A stretch of 64,000 nt of DNA from an uncultured Gammaproteobacteria bacterium (lineage in GTDB: Bacteria; Patescibacteriota; Patescibacteriia; Patescibacteriales; UBA12465). Of the stretch, positions 29,770-39,073 are shown piece after piece. The notes below the pieces were generated by a model. That model ran no database searches. It was not told the DNA's origin and saw only the letters and a program-made list of their open reading frames with translations. The number at the start of each line of letters is the position of its first letter. The stretch's first letter is position 1. Position numbers and translations under genes: made by a program. The stretch is from contig CAZXEE010000001.1 in NCBI GenBank assembly GCA_964639785.1, positions 314,556 to 378,555 of the forward strand. Reading direction: 5' to 3'.

Positions 29770-30345
29770 TTGAAAAAAAACAACGAAGAACATAAAAGCA
29801 ACGAAGAATTCTGTTTGGTTCTGGTGTTGTCGGATGTCATTGCCAAATATCGGATGGCTGAAGCCTTGTATGATCTTGAGCATCTCAATGAAGATATCAA
29901 GATTGTCGGGGTTAACCTGATGAACCTGACAGAAGAAACCGTTAAGAATCTCCATCGCAAGGATAAAGCTTGGATGGAAAGGGTCGGTGAGCATACTGTC
30001 AGTTTGCGCCAGACGGCTGGCCAGCCTTTAAAGACTGATGCTCTCGGCTATGGCCAGATGATCTGGCAAAGCCTGATTGAATATTACACTTCCGGAAAGG
30101 TGTTGGCTGTTGTTCTGTATGGTCCTGATGCCTGTTCCGAGGCCTACAAACAGGTCGGCAGCTTCAATCCGCAGCATGCCGCTCCAGGAACCTTGCGGGC
30201 TAAGTATGGATGCGACACCAAATATCGTGCTTCGTTTGAAGGTCGAGCGGTAAAGAATGGTTTTTACTGTTCCAACAATCCTTTTGACGGGCTGATGGAT
30301 GTCAAATTATTCTTTCCGAAATTATTAACCGATTTTACCAAGTAG
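29770..30345 (+). CDS. Nucleoside-diphosphate-kinase-fold protein lacking the catalytic histidine (TTG start)
   Basis: NDK-like blocks YTSGKVLAVVLYGPDAC and NPQHAAPGTLRAKYG. Where NDK has N-x-x-H-G-S-D, this protein has NGFYCSNN (His replaced by Tyr). Strong SD aaaaaggaggg upstream. Confidence 0.55.
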   Translation: MKKNNEEHKSNEEFCLVLVLSDVIAKYRMAEALYDLEHLNEDIKIVGVNLMNLTEETVKNLHRKDKAWMERVGEHTVSLRQTAGQPLKTDALGYGQMIWQSLIEYYTSGKVLAVVLYGPDACSEAYKQVGSFNPQHAAPGTLRAKYGCDTKYRASFEGRAVKNGFYCSNNPFDGLMDVKLFFPKLLTDFTK

Positions 30346-30357
30346 AAAGGAGGGACT

Positions 30358-30564
30358 ATGGTTTTGTCTGCCAAAAAAGCATTGATCAGGGAGGAGTTCG
30401 GCTTCTTGTGCCAGGATTTCGAACCGGTGAAGACCACTTTTTTGTGGACTTTCACCAAGACTCCTTTGTCAATCATCGGAACGATTTTTATCTTCTTGCC
30501 CTGCTTCTTGGTTGCCGCCTTATTCCTGTTGGCCAAGACGATCGGGGTCATGTTGTTCTGCTAA
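30358..30564 (+). CDS. Small membrane protein (68 aa) co-transcribed with the NDK-like gene
   Basis: Strong SD gaaaggaggg 6 nt upstream. C-terminal TM SIIGTIFIFLPCFLVAALFLLAKTIGVMLF. Confidence 0.5.
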   Translation: MVLSAKKALIREEFGFLCQDFEPVKTTFLWTFTKTPLSIIGTIFIFLPCFLVAALFLLAKTIGVMLFC

Positions 30565-30577
30565 GATTAAAAAATCA

Positions 30578-30610
30578 AAAGGCGCTGTACTAAACGGCGC
30601 CTTTTATCTT
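30578..30610 (+). terminator. Rho-independent terminator
   Basis: ggcgctgtactaaacggcgcc followed by ttttatctt. Confidence 0.75.
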
Positions 30611-30637
30611 GACTTATTTTTCAGTTTTTGCTATGAT
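30609..30637 (+). promoter_or_regulatory. Promoter TTGACT-17-TGcTATGAT (extended -10) with no ORF downstream
   Basis: Near-consensus hexamers with a 17-nt spacer. Confidence 0.5.
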
Positions 30638-30644
30638 TTAATTA

Positions 30645-30908
30645 CAGTTTAGTTACAATTTAATATCGTTCTTTGTTTATTTAATGCATTAAAATTTCAA
30701 CTTTATTTGTCGTTCTTTCAAATGAGGACTTCGGAAGCTTCATTAGCAGCGTTATTAGTCGATTGAGCTTAGACTCCTACATGGATAGCTCTAATATCGA
30801 ATTTAAAAAAATTCTAACCTCGCCGATCAAGCCTTCTTAAATCCTGCTCGCTCCTTGCAAAAATTTTCAAACAATCCCTAGTAGCTCATGCTAGGGATTT
30901 TTTATTTT
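30645..30908 (+). ncRNA. Candidate small non-coding RNA of about 260 nt, running from promoter to terminator; function unknown
   Basis: Bounded by the promoter at 30609-30637 and the terminator hairpin aatccctagtagctcatgctagggatttttt (30873-30908). Only 14- and 19-codon ORFs inside. Confidence 0.35.
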
Positions 30909-31528
30909 CCAAACATATCCTTGATGGGAGCGAAGCTGCGGCGATGGATAGGGGAGGGGCCATGTTCCATTATCTTGGCGAGGTGGAGCTTGGTGCCATA
31001 GCCTTTATGTTGGGAGAAATTATATCCCGGATATTTCTTATCCAATTCATCCATCAGGTAATCTCGGCTGACTTTGGCGATGATGGAAGCGGCGGCGATA
31101 CAGAAGATCTTGCTGTCGCCTTGGATGATAGTTTCTTGGGAAATCTTCAGGCGCGGGATGCGCAGGTTGCCATCGACCAGAATGTAGTCTGGGGCAACAG
31201 CGGTTTGGTCAATAGCTTTCTTCATGGCCAAAAAGGTCGCTTGGAGGATATTTATCCGATCGATGGTCTGATGGCTGGCGACTCCGATGGTGACGGCTGT
31301 AGATCTTTCTTTGATGAGGGCAAAAGCTTTTTCGCGTTGTTTGGCGGACAGCTTTTTAGAATCTCGGATCAGCTCTAATTCTTCCGGAGAGATAGAGAAG
31401 TCTTGTCCGATTGTGACGCAGGCGGCTACGACCGGTCCGGCCAAGGGGCCACGACCAGCTTCATCAATGCCGGCAATCAGCTTGTATCCGCTTTGGAAAA
31501 GCTCTTGTTCTTTATCTAGGTTTATCAT
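30902..31528 (-). CDS. rnhB: Ribonuclease HII
   Basis: MINLDKEQELFQSGYKLIAGIDEAGRGPLAGPVVAA carries the RNase HII DEAGRG motif. The start is trimmed to the internal ATG. Confidence 0.85.
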   Translation of the reverse strand: MINLDKEQELFQSGYKLIAGIDEAGRGPLAGPVVAACVTIGQDFSISPEELELIRDSKKLSAKQREKAFALIKERSTAVTIGVASHQTIDRINILQATFLAMKKAIDQTAVAPDYILVDGNLRIPRLKISQETIIQGDSKIFCIAAASIIAKVSRDYLMDELDKKYPGYNFSQHKGYGTKLHLAKIMEHGPSPIHRRSFAPIKDMFGK

Positions 31529-31586
31529 GTTTAGAGTATAGCATAAAATGAAAAGGGCCGTCTTATTGCTAAGGCAGCCCATTTTT

Positions 31587-31916
31587 TTACTGTTTATTTT
31601 TTGTATTTTCCTTTATCCATTCTATAGCCGTTTCGGGGCTATAATTTTTGACGTCTTTGTCTGCCAGGTGAGGTAGCACTTGGGACATCACTTTGTCGGA
31701 TATGGTTAATTCTTCGCCAACTTTTTGCAGGACTATGGCATAGTTCTTCTTGTTGGTTAAAGTTTGAATCAGTTCTTCTTGGTTCATCCCGTCGTATTCC
31801 GGGTACTTAAAACCTTTTGTCAGGGCAACTTTGATCAGTTTGGTCTTTTTTTCTGCATCATTGTCGTCATGCACCGGAGGAACATAGATTCTTTCAAAGG
31901 ACAGCATCTCTCCCAT
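31587..31916 (-). CDS. Hypothetical protein (109 aa) upstream of rnhB
   Basis: ORF only. No motif recognised. Confidence 0.35.
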   Translation of the reverse strand: MGEMLSFERIYVPPVHDDNDAEKKTKLIKVALTKGFKYPEYDGMNQEELIQTLTNKKNYAIVLQKVGEELTISDKVMSQVLPHLADKDVKNYSPETAIEWIKENTKNKQ

Positions 31917-32037
31917 CGTTGTATCGTTTTTTTGATTATTTTTCGTTTTTTATTTTATCTATAATATAATAATAATTTGAGTTTGTCAATCGGAATATTT
32001 TTTTGGTCTTAAGGCTGATTTGTGATATAATTACCTT

Positions 32038-32553
32038 ATGAAATTATATTATTTTTATGCTCTTTTGACGGCTCCGGGAGTCGTGGTCCATGAATTGGCT
32101 CATGCTCTTTTCTGCTTGTTGGGAGGCGTTCGGATCCACAAGATAAATCTTTTTCGTTTTCAGAGGGTGGCGGGCTATGTTGTCCATGAAGAGCCGAAAG
32201 GGTTCATGAGCAGCTGGCTGATATCTTTCGGTCCTTTGATCGTGAATTCCTATCTGGCGATGTTCTTCTTTGCCCAGGTCCGTCCGATCTATGATTGGCG
32301 GGACTTGCTATTTTCTTATCTTGGCGTAGTCATCGCTCTCCAGGCTATTCCGTCAACTGGAGATGCTGAGTCTTTGTTGAAATTAGCTAACCGGAATTTC
32401 TGGAAGAATCCGCTGATCATCCTGTTTTATCCTTTGGTCTTATTCTTGTATCTGTTGAACTTCTTGAAACGTTTCTATTTCGATTGGGTCTATGTCATTT
32501 TTTTAATTTACATCGGACATACTTATTTCATTCATTATATAAAATTACTATGA
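32038..32553 (+). CDS. Small polytopic membrane protein with an HExxH motif (Peptidase_M50B-like putative zinc metalloprotease)
   Basis: VVHELAHALFCLLGG near the first TM, plus about 4 further TM helices. The TGA stop overlaps the ATG of the next gene (ATGA). Confidence 0.5.
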   Translation: MKLYYFYALLTAPGVVVHELAHALFCLLGGVRIHKINLFRFQRVAGYVVHEEPKGFMSSWLISFGPLIVNSYLAMFFFAQVRPIYDWRDLLFSYLGVVIALQAIPSTGDAESLLKLANRNFWKNPLIILFYPLVLFLYLLNFLKRFYFDWVYVIFLIYIGHTYFIHYIKLL

Positions 32554-33917
32554 TCAAGCTATCTTTTCATGGAGCCTGTCGCGAAGTGACCGGTTCTTGC
32601 AATCTGCTCGAACATGAGGGTCGGAAATTCTTGGTGGATTGCGGCATCTTCCAGGGTGAACGCTTTTCAGCGGAACGGAATATGGAAGATTTTCATTTCA
32701 ACCCCAAAGAGGTCGAATATGTCTTCTTGACCCACGCTCATGTCGATCATTGCGGCCGTTTGCCCAAGCTCTACAAAGACGGTTTCCGCGGTAAGATCTT
32801 TTGTACTGAACCGACGCGCGATTTAGTGGAGATCATGCTCTTGGATGCCGCCCGGATTATCGCTCACGAAGCGATGGCTGCCGGCCAGGAGCCGCTTTAT
32901 ACCGAAGAGGATGTGGCTGGCTTGATGAAACATTTTGAAACCTTGTTGTATGACCAGATGAATTTTATCGATGATCGGATCAAATTGAAATTCCGGGATG
33001 CCGGCCATATCTTGGGTTCGGCTTTCGTGGAATTGTATATACTGGATGAGGGCCGAGAAAAGAAGATTGTCTTTTCTGGAGACTTAGGCAACTCGCCTTC
33101 GCCGATCATCAGGGATTTAGAGTTCGCTGATGGAGCCGATTTCGTAGTTACGGAATCGACTTATGCCCGAGGCGTCCATGAGACCAAGGAAGAGGGCGTT
33201 AACAAACTGCGGGAAGCGATCATCGAAACAGTCGGTTTGGGAGGCGTGTTGATGATTCCGATTTTTGTGATTGAAAAGACCCAAGAGATTCTGTTCGAAC
33301 TTAATTATCTGATGGAAAATCACAAGATCCCTCGAGTGCCGATTTTTTTGGATAGCCCTTTGGCGATCAAGGCGGTGGAAATCTATCGCCAATATGAAGA
33401 CCTTTATAATCGCAGCTCTTGGAATTTGATAAAATCTGGCGATGATATCTTTGATTTTCCCGGATTGAAATTTACTATGACCAAGGATGATTCCAAGAAG
33501 ATCAACGGCGTCCAGCCGCCGAAAGTCATCCTGGCTTCTTCCGGCATGTGCGTGGGCGGACGGATACCTTTCCATCTGAAATTGAATCTGGATAACAAGC
33601 TGAACCATGTCCTGTTCGTAGCTTACCAAGCCCAGGGTTCTTTGGGCCGGAAGATATTGGATGGGGATAGGAGGGTCTTTGTCGATGACCAGCCGGTGGA
33701 AGTATTGGCCAAGGTCTCGGTGATAAATTCTTTCTCTTCGCATGCCGATGCGCCGCGGATCATGGATTGGCTCGGCCATATCAAGAGTCCGAAACCGGCG
33801 ACTATCTTTATTAATCATGGAGAAGAAGAATCGACTCAGGTTTTAGCGGAAAAGATCGAAGCAGAGCTGAAGGTCAAGCCGGTCGTGCCGGAGTATGGCA
33901 TGGTGTATGAGTTATAA
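32550..33917 (+). CDS. MBL-fold beta-CASP ribonuclease (RNase J/CPSF-like RNA-metabolising metallo-beta-lactamase)
   Basis: MIKLSFHGACREVTGSC..., the HxHxDH motif (THAHVDHCGRLP), and a C-terminal beta-CASP H/D residue pattern. Start at the ATG at 32550. Confidence 0.8.
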   Translation: MIKLSFHGACREVTGSCNLLEHEGRKFLVDCGIFQGERFSAERNMEDFHFNPKEVEYVFLTHAHVDHCGRLPKLYKDGFRGKIFCTEPTRDLVEIMLLDAARIIAHEAMAAGQEPLYTEEDVAGLMKHFETLLYDQMNFIDDRIKLKFRDAGHILGSAFVELYILDEGREKKIVFSGDLGNSPSPIIRDLEFADGADFVVTESTYARGVHETKEEGVNKLREAIIETVGLGGVLMIPIFVIEKTQEILFELNYLMENHKIPRVPIFLDSPLAIKAVEIYRQYEDLYNRSSWNLIKSGDDIFDFPGLKFTMTKDDSKKINGVQPPKVILASSGMCVGGRIPFHLKLNLDNKLNHVLFVAYQAQGSLGRKILDGDRRVFVDDQPVEVLAKVSVINSFSSHADAPRIMDWLGHIKSPKPATIFINHGEEESTQVLAEKIEAELKVKPVVPEYGMVYEL

Positions 33918-33935
33918 TTTAATTAAATAAAAAAT

Positions 33936-34274
33936 ATGAAATTAATCATCCGTTTGTTATTAAATGCCGTGGCGCTCTTGTCGGCTCCCTATATCATCAG
34001 CGGCGTCAATGTCGCCAGTTTCTATACTGCCGTTATTGCGGCTATCATCTTAGGCTTGGTTAATGCCATCATCCGCCCGGTTCTGGTCCTTCTGACTTTG
34101 CCGATCAATATCTTGACTCTGGGTTTATTTACCTTAGTAATCAATGCCTTATTGGTTTTGTTTGTGGCTAGCTTTGTCAAAGGCTTTACCGTGATCGGAT
34201 TCTGGCCAGCCTTTTTCTTATCTTTATTCCTATGGTTAGTTTCCTGGTTCACTAACTTATTACTTCAAGATTAA
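33936..34274 (+). CDS. DUF360/phage-holin-4_2-like 4-TM membrane protein
   Basis: 112 aa, almost entirely hydrophobic, with the YvlD/DUF360 arrangement. Confidence 0.55.
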   Translation: MKLIIRLLLNAVALLSAPYIISGVNVASFYTAVIAAIILGLVNAIIRPVLVLLTLPINILTLGLFTLVINALLVLFVASFVKGFTVIGFWPAFFLSLFLWLVSWFTNLLLQD

Positions 34275-34278
34275 AACT

Positions 34279-34752
34279 ATGCCGGAAATTTCCAAGACTT
34301 ATAAATTACCGAAAGCCGTTTTGGCTTTCCATCTGTTCCGGATAACTATTGTCTGGCTTCTGGGCGTAGTTCCGGTCTGGCTCTTGAGCCATGATTGGAA
34401 AGCCACCTTATCCCTGGCTGTTATCCTGCTAATCATGGGGGTAGTCGTTTTCTTTGTCGCTTATCTGGAATATTATTATTTCAGCATCGAAGTCGGCGTC
34501 GATAGCTTCACTATCAAATCCGGCATCATCGTCAAGAATATCAAGACGATAGCTTTCAAGTCCATCCAGAGCGTCGATGTCAGCTATGACCCTATCATCC
34601 GAGCCTTCGATTTGGTGCTGGTGAAGGTCTGGAGCTCTTCGCCGCAACAGTTCAATATCAATAACGGGGAGAGCAATAATCGGCCGGAGTTTTCTTTCTA
34701 TATGTCCAAGGAAGAGGCTGAGGCCTTGAAACAGGAAGTAGCTCGGCAATAA
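34279..34752 (+). CDS. Bacterial PH-domain (bPH_2/YdbS-like) membrane protein
   Basis: Two N-terminal TMs, then a ...FSIEVGVDSFTIKSGIIVKNIKTIAFKSIQSVDVSYDPIIRAFDL PH-like pattern. Confidence 0.55.
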   Translation: MPEISKTYKLPKAVLAFHLFRITIVWLLGVVPVWLLSHDWKATLSLAVILLIMGVVVFFVAYLEYYYFSIEVGVDSFTIKSGIIVKNIKTIAFKSIQSVDVSYDPIIRAFDLVLVKVWSSSPQQFNINNGESNNRPEFSFYMSKEEAEALKQEVARQ

Positions 34753-34753
34753 T

Positions 34754-35062
34754 ATGAAAGGGCATAAGATCCGCATACCGAAGAGGAACAAGTATCAGAA
34801 GCTGGTGGAAGCTACCATTGATTTGCATGGGATGTACCAAGTGGAGGCAGAAGAAGCGGTGCTTGATTTTTTGGATGATTCTCGGAAACGAGGTTGTCGC
34901 TTGGTCCGCATCATTCCGGGTAAGGGAATCCATTCGGCTGATGGTTATGGCGTCTTGAACACCTTGGTTAGGAATATCTTGAATGACCGAGGCTATCGCT
35001 TTAGCTCGGCTAAGATCAATGAAGGCGGTGATGGAGCTTTGGATGTCGATTTAACCAGATAA
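34754..35062 (+). CDS. Smr-domain protein
   Basis: IDLHGMYQVEAEEAVLDFLDDSRKRGCRLVRIIPGKG is the Smr signature (LHG...GKG). Confidence 0.65.
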   Translation: MKGHKIRIPKRNKYQKLVEATIDLHGMYQVEAEEAVLDFLDDSRKRGCRLVRIIPGKGIHSADGYGVLNTLVRNILNDRGYRFSSAKINEGGDGALDVDLTR

Positions 35063-35065
35063 TAT

Positions 35066-35767
35066 ATGGCAAAGACTAAGATTGAAGCAGAATTGAAGGC
35101 TTGGGCTAATCCGGAAAAAGCGGTTGTCCTGTCATATTTTTTCAAGACAGGTAAAGGGCAATATGGCGAAGGAGACGTTTTTTGGGGAGTGATGGTGCCA
35201 CAGCAGAGGTTGGTGGCTAAGGATAATCTGACGGCCAGCTTGGATGATTTACAGAAGCTGTTAGATTCCAAGGTCCATGAATTGCGCCTGACGGCTCTTT
35301 TGGTCCTGACCTATCAGAACGAGAAGGCTAGCCCAGCGGAAAGGAAGGCTTTCGTTGACTTTTACCTGAGAAACACTAATAATATAAACAATTGGGACCT
35401 GGTTGACCTGTCAGCTCCGAAGATTCTAGGCGGCTATCTGCTAGATCGGGATCGGAGAGTACTATATCGTCTGGCTAAATCCCAAAACCTGTGGGAGCGG
35501 CGCATAGCGATCATCTCTACTTTAACCTTTATCCGTAATAATGAGTTTACTGACACCTTGAAGATTGCCGAGATGCTCTTGTCTGACAGCCATGACTTGA
35601 TCCAGAAAGCGGTCGGTTGGATGCTCCGGGAAGTAGGGAAGAAGGATGCGGTGACCGAGATTGGATTCTTGGAGAAGCACGCCACCAAGATGCCGCGGAC
35701 GATGCTGCGTTATGCGATTGAAAGGTTTCCGGAGAAGCAGCGGAAGGAATTTTTAAATAAAAAATAA
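35066..35767 (+). CDS. DNA alkylation repair protein (AlkD-like HEAT-repeat glycosylase family)
   Basis: LSYFFKTGKGQYGEGDVFWGV ... AVGWMLREVGKKD are typical DNA_alkylation (PF08713) blocks. Confidence 0.7.
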   Translation: MAKTKIEAELKAWANPEKAVVLSYFFKTGKGQYGEGDVFWGVMVPQQRLVAKDNLTASLDDLQKLLDSKVHELRLTALLVLTYQNEKASPAERKAFVDFYLRNTNNINNWDLVDLSAPKILGGYLLDRDRRVLYRLAKSQNLWERRIAIISTLTFIRNNEFTDTLKIAEMLLSDSHDLIQKAVGWMLREVGKKDAVTEIGFLEKHATKMPRTMLRYAIERFPEKQRKEFLNKK

Positions 35768-35777
35768 TTTAAATAAT

Positions 35778-36764
35778 ATGGGACAAGAATTCAAGATGGT
35801 CGGTAAAATCGACTTGAGCCAATTTGATAAGTACAAGAAACCGGAGAAGTCAGCTAAGCCAGAGAAGGAAGATTATAGCGAAATGCTGAACTCCAAACTG
35901 AAGTCCATGTCCGAAAAGATCAATGATGAATTTGGCTATTTCCTAAACAGCGACGGTTCGGTGGCTATGGATAGTCCGAATTACAAATTTTTGGATAAGG
36001 CTGATGACTTGGAATTCATCAAGGGCAAGGAAGAAGTTTTTGCGGCCAAGGTGAATAAGACCAGGGAAGAATGGACCAGCGACCGGGAAAAAGCTCGCGG
36101 TATCGTAACCGAAAAGGCTATCACCTTGATCTTGAATAAGATCTTGGGCGATGATTTCATCATTGCCCGGACTGCTACCTATGATGACTACCGCCATGGC
36201 GTCGACACCCTGATTATCGATAAGAACACCGGATCTCCGATCTGCGGTGTGGATGAGATGGGAGCTGATGATGCCCATAGCTATCACCACAAAGGCCAGA
36301 AGATCTTCGATATTATCAAACATAATGGCGCTTATGTTAAATATGGCGCTACTTTCAAGCGGGGCGAATTACAATGGAAATCAGTCAAGAATGTCCCGGC
36401 TTTCTATCTGTCATTGGATGAGAATGATTTGGAAAAAGTTTTGCCGGCCATTGCCAACGAGGAGATTTCTGAAACTGAAATTAACATCTTCCAACGGACA
36501 TTGCATTCTTTCGACCAACAAATCACTACTCTCTATAAGGATCACATCAATTTAGATGATGACCTTTTCGCTACTAGGAATAAGCTGCTCGCCGAACAGG
36601 AAGACCTCAAGGATACCTTCGGCGAGAAATCTTGGGGAGCTACCGACGAAGGACGCGATTGGAAGAACCGCATGGGTCAGAATAATATGCGCCTCAACTT
36701 ATTGAACTTCCAGAAATCATTGCAGCGCATGAAAGATAATTATCAAAAGATTAAGAAATCATAA
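35778..36764 (+). CDS. Hypothetical protein (328 aa)
   Basis: ORF only, in an operon-like position. Confidence 0.4.
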   Translation: MGQEFKMVGKIDLSQFDKYKKPEKSAKPEKEDYSEMLNSKLKSMSEKINDEFGYFLNSDGSVAMDSPNYKFLDKADDLEFIKGKEEVFAAKVNKTREEWTSDREKARGIVTEKAITLILNKILGDDFIIARTATYDDYRHGVDTLIIDKNTGSPICGVDEMGADDAHSYHHKGQKIFDIIKHNGAYVKYGATFKRGELQWKSVKNVPAFYLSLDENDLEKVLPAIANEEISETEINIFQRTLHSFDQQITTLYKDHINLDDDLFATRNKLLAEQEDLKDTFGEKSWGATDEGRDWKNRMGQNNMRLNLLNFQKSLQRMKDNYQKIKKS

Positions 36765-36767
36765 TTT

Positions 36768-38138
36768 ATGTCCGAATTATTCCTATACAATACTCTGAGC
36801 CGGCAATTAGAGAAATTCATGCCGATCGATGAAGGATCGGTCGGCCTCTATACTTGCGGCCCGACAGTTTATAATTTTGCCCACATCGGCAATCTGAGAA
36901 CTTATCTTTTTGAGGATGTCTTGAAACGGACCCTGAGATATAACGGATATGGCGTGAAGCATGTCATGAACATCACTGATGTCGGCCACTTGGTGGGCGA
37001 TATGGATGGCGGGGAAGACAAGATGGAAGAAGGTTCGAAACGGGAGGGCCGGAGCGCTTGGGAGATAGCTGAATTCTATACGGCCGCTTTCCGGAAAGAC
37101 TTGGCCGCTTTGAATATCGTTGAGCCGGATATCTGGTGCAAGGCGACTGATAATATCCCGGAACAGATCGCTTTGGTCAAGACTCTGGAAGAGAAGGGCT
37201 ATGCGTATAAAGCTTCTGACGGAGTCTATTTTGATACGTCTAAATTTCCTCAATATAATAAGCTGAGCCACTTGAATCTGGATGAATTGCAGGAAGGGGC
37301 TCGGGTAGAGAAGAACGAATCCAAGAAGAATACGACCGATTTCGCTTTATGGAAATTCTCACCTCAGGGCCAGAAACGCCAGATGGAATGGGAATCCCCG
37401 TGGGGCATCGGTTTTCCGGGTTGGCATATCGAATGTTCGGCAATGAGCTTGAAATACCTGGGAAAGAATCTGGATATCCATTGCGGCGGCATCGACCATA
37501 TTAATGTTCATCACACTAATGAGATCGCCCAGAGCGAAGCGGCTACCGGAGAGAAGTTTTTTAATTATTGGATGCATGGCGCTTTCTTGAATATTGCCGG
37601 AGGCAAAAAGATGGCCAAGAGCGACGGCAATTTTCTGACCATCGACAATGCTTTTATCCAGAAGGGAATCAACCCTCTCGCTTATCGTTATGCTATGCTC
37701 AGTGTCCATTATCGCAAGCCGATGGAATATAGCGAAGAGATCATCAAGAATGCGGAGAATGGCTTGAACCACCTGCGCCATCAGGTAAGTGATTTGGGAG
37801 CCGAGGTGGGAGAGATTAACAAGGAATATAAATATCGTTTCTTGGAAGCTATTAATGATGACTTAAACCTGCCTCAGTCTTTGGCTGTAGTTTCTGAAAT
37901 GCTGAAATCGAAACTGAGCAATGCTGACAAGCTGGCAACCATTATCGATTTCGATTCAGTCCTAGGCTTGGAATTAGTGGAAAAGATTCCGGATGAAATA
38001 TTAGCTTTGGCCAATGAGCGGGAAGAAGCTCGGGCTAGCAAGGATTGGTCGCGGTCGGATGAATTGCGGCAAGTGATCGAGGAACAGGGCTATCTGCTGA
38101 AAGACGGACCGGGCGGATTTACTTTGATGAAAAAATAA
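36768..38138 (+). CDS. cysS: Cysteine--tRNA ligase
   Basis: [17 protein letters not shown] (HIGH) and KMAKSDGN (KMSKS). Confidence 0.9.
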   Translation: MSELFLYNTLSRQLEKFMPIDEGSVGLYTCGPTVYNFAHIGNLRTYLFEDVLKRTLRYNGYGVKHVMNITDVGHLVGDMDGGEDKMEEGSKREGRSAWEIAEFYTAAFRKDLAALNIVEPDIWCKATDNIPEQIALVKTLEEKGYAYKASDGVYFDTSKFPQYNKLSHLNLDELQEGARVEKNESKKNTTDFALWKFSPQGQKRQMEWESPWGIGFPGWHIECSAMSLKYLGKNLDIHCGGIDHINVHHTNEIAQSEAATGEKFFNYWMHGAFLNIAGGKKMAKSDGNFLTIDNAFIQKGINPLAYRYAMLSVHYRKPMEYSEEIIKNAENGLNHLRHQVSDLGAEVGEINKEYKYRFLEAINDDLNLPQSLAVVSEMLKSKLSNADKLATIIDFDSVLGLELVEKIPDEILALANEREEARASKDWSRSDELRQVIEEQGYLLKDGPGGFTLMKK

Positions 38139-38141
38139 TCT

Positions 38142-39071
38142 ATGGCGTCTAATTTTTGGAAAAAACTGAAAACCCCGATCTTGGCTATGGCGCCTCTGGC
38201 TGGATTGACTGACAGTCCGTTCCGGATTTTGGTTAAGAAATATGGAGCCGATGTCCTTTACAGCGAGATGGCTAGCGCGACCGCTTTGTTCTATAATCCG
38301 AAAGAGACATTGGAACTTTTGCAATTTACCAAGACCGAGCGTCCTTACGTCGTCCAATTGTTCGGTTCCGATCCGGAACATTTTGCTGTAGCTACGAAGA
38401 TTATTAGCCAGAAGGTTAAGCCGGATGGAATAGATATTAATTTCGGCTGTCCGGTCAAGAAGGTTACCAAACAGGGAGCCGGCTCAGCCTTGATGGCTGA
38501 TCTGGAAAGATCCAGAGCTGTGATCGAAGCGGTTTTGCAGAATACCAAGCTGCCGGTATCGATCAAGGTCCGGACCCAATCCGGCAAGGTAAAGTTGAAA
38601 GATTTTTTACAGAATATTTCTGATCTTAAGATATCGGCTCTAATGATCCATGGCCGGACATTGAAGCAAGGATTCAACGGCGCTATTGACCTGAAAGCTA
38701 TCAAGGAGGCTCGCCAATATTTTTCCGGGGTAATCCTGGCTAATGGCGGAATCAATGATCGAGCGGAGATGGAAAGGGTTCTGGCGGAAACTGGAGCTGA
38801 CGGTGTCGGTATCGGCCGAGGAGCCTTGGGTCATCCTTGGATATTCAAAGAACTGAAGAATCCGAAATTCAAGCTGAGCCAGGAACAAATCTTCCAATTG
38901 GCTTGGCGCCATTCTAAGTTAATGTTCAAACAGAAGGGGCAAGCCGGGATACTGGAAATGCGTAAGCATCTCTGCTGGTATGTCAGCGGCTTATCCGGAG
39001 CCCGGAAGTTGCGGGAGAAGATGGTCCGGGTGGAGAGCTTGGAGGATATAAGAAAAGTATTATCTTTATAA
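38142..39071 (+). CDS. dus: tRNA-dihydrouridine synthase
   Basis: ILAMAPLAGLTDSPFRILVKKYGADVLYSEM matches the Dus family. The catalytic Cys lies in INFGCPVKKV. Confidence 0.85.
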   Translation: MASNFWKKLKTPILAMAPLAGLTDSPFRILVKKYGADVLYSEMASATALFYNPKETLELLQFTKTERPYVVQLFGSDPEHFAVATKIISQKVKPDGIDINFGCPVKKVTKQGAGSALMADLERSRAVIEAVLQNTKLPVSIKVRTQSGKVKLKDFLQNISDLKISALMIHGRTLKQGFNGAIDLKAIKEARQYFSGVILANGGINDRAEMERVLAETGADGVGIGRGALGHPWIFKELKNPKFKLSQEQIFQLAWRHSKLMFKQKGQAGILEMRKHLCWYVSGLSGARKLREKMVRVESLEDIRKVLSL

Positions 39072-39073
39072 CT

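Noticed and set aside
30700-30770. Possible tmRNA tag-like reading frame (EASLAALLVD*) in the candidate sRNA region
   Set aside because: No tRNA-like acceptor/T-arm or GGGG 5' end, and the tag does not end in the canonical ALAA motif. It is probably coincidental.
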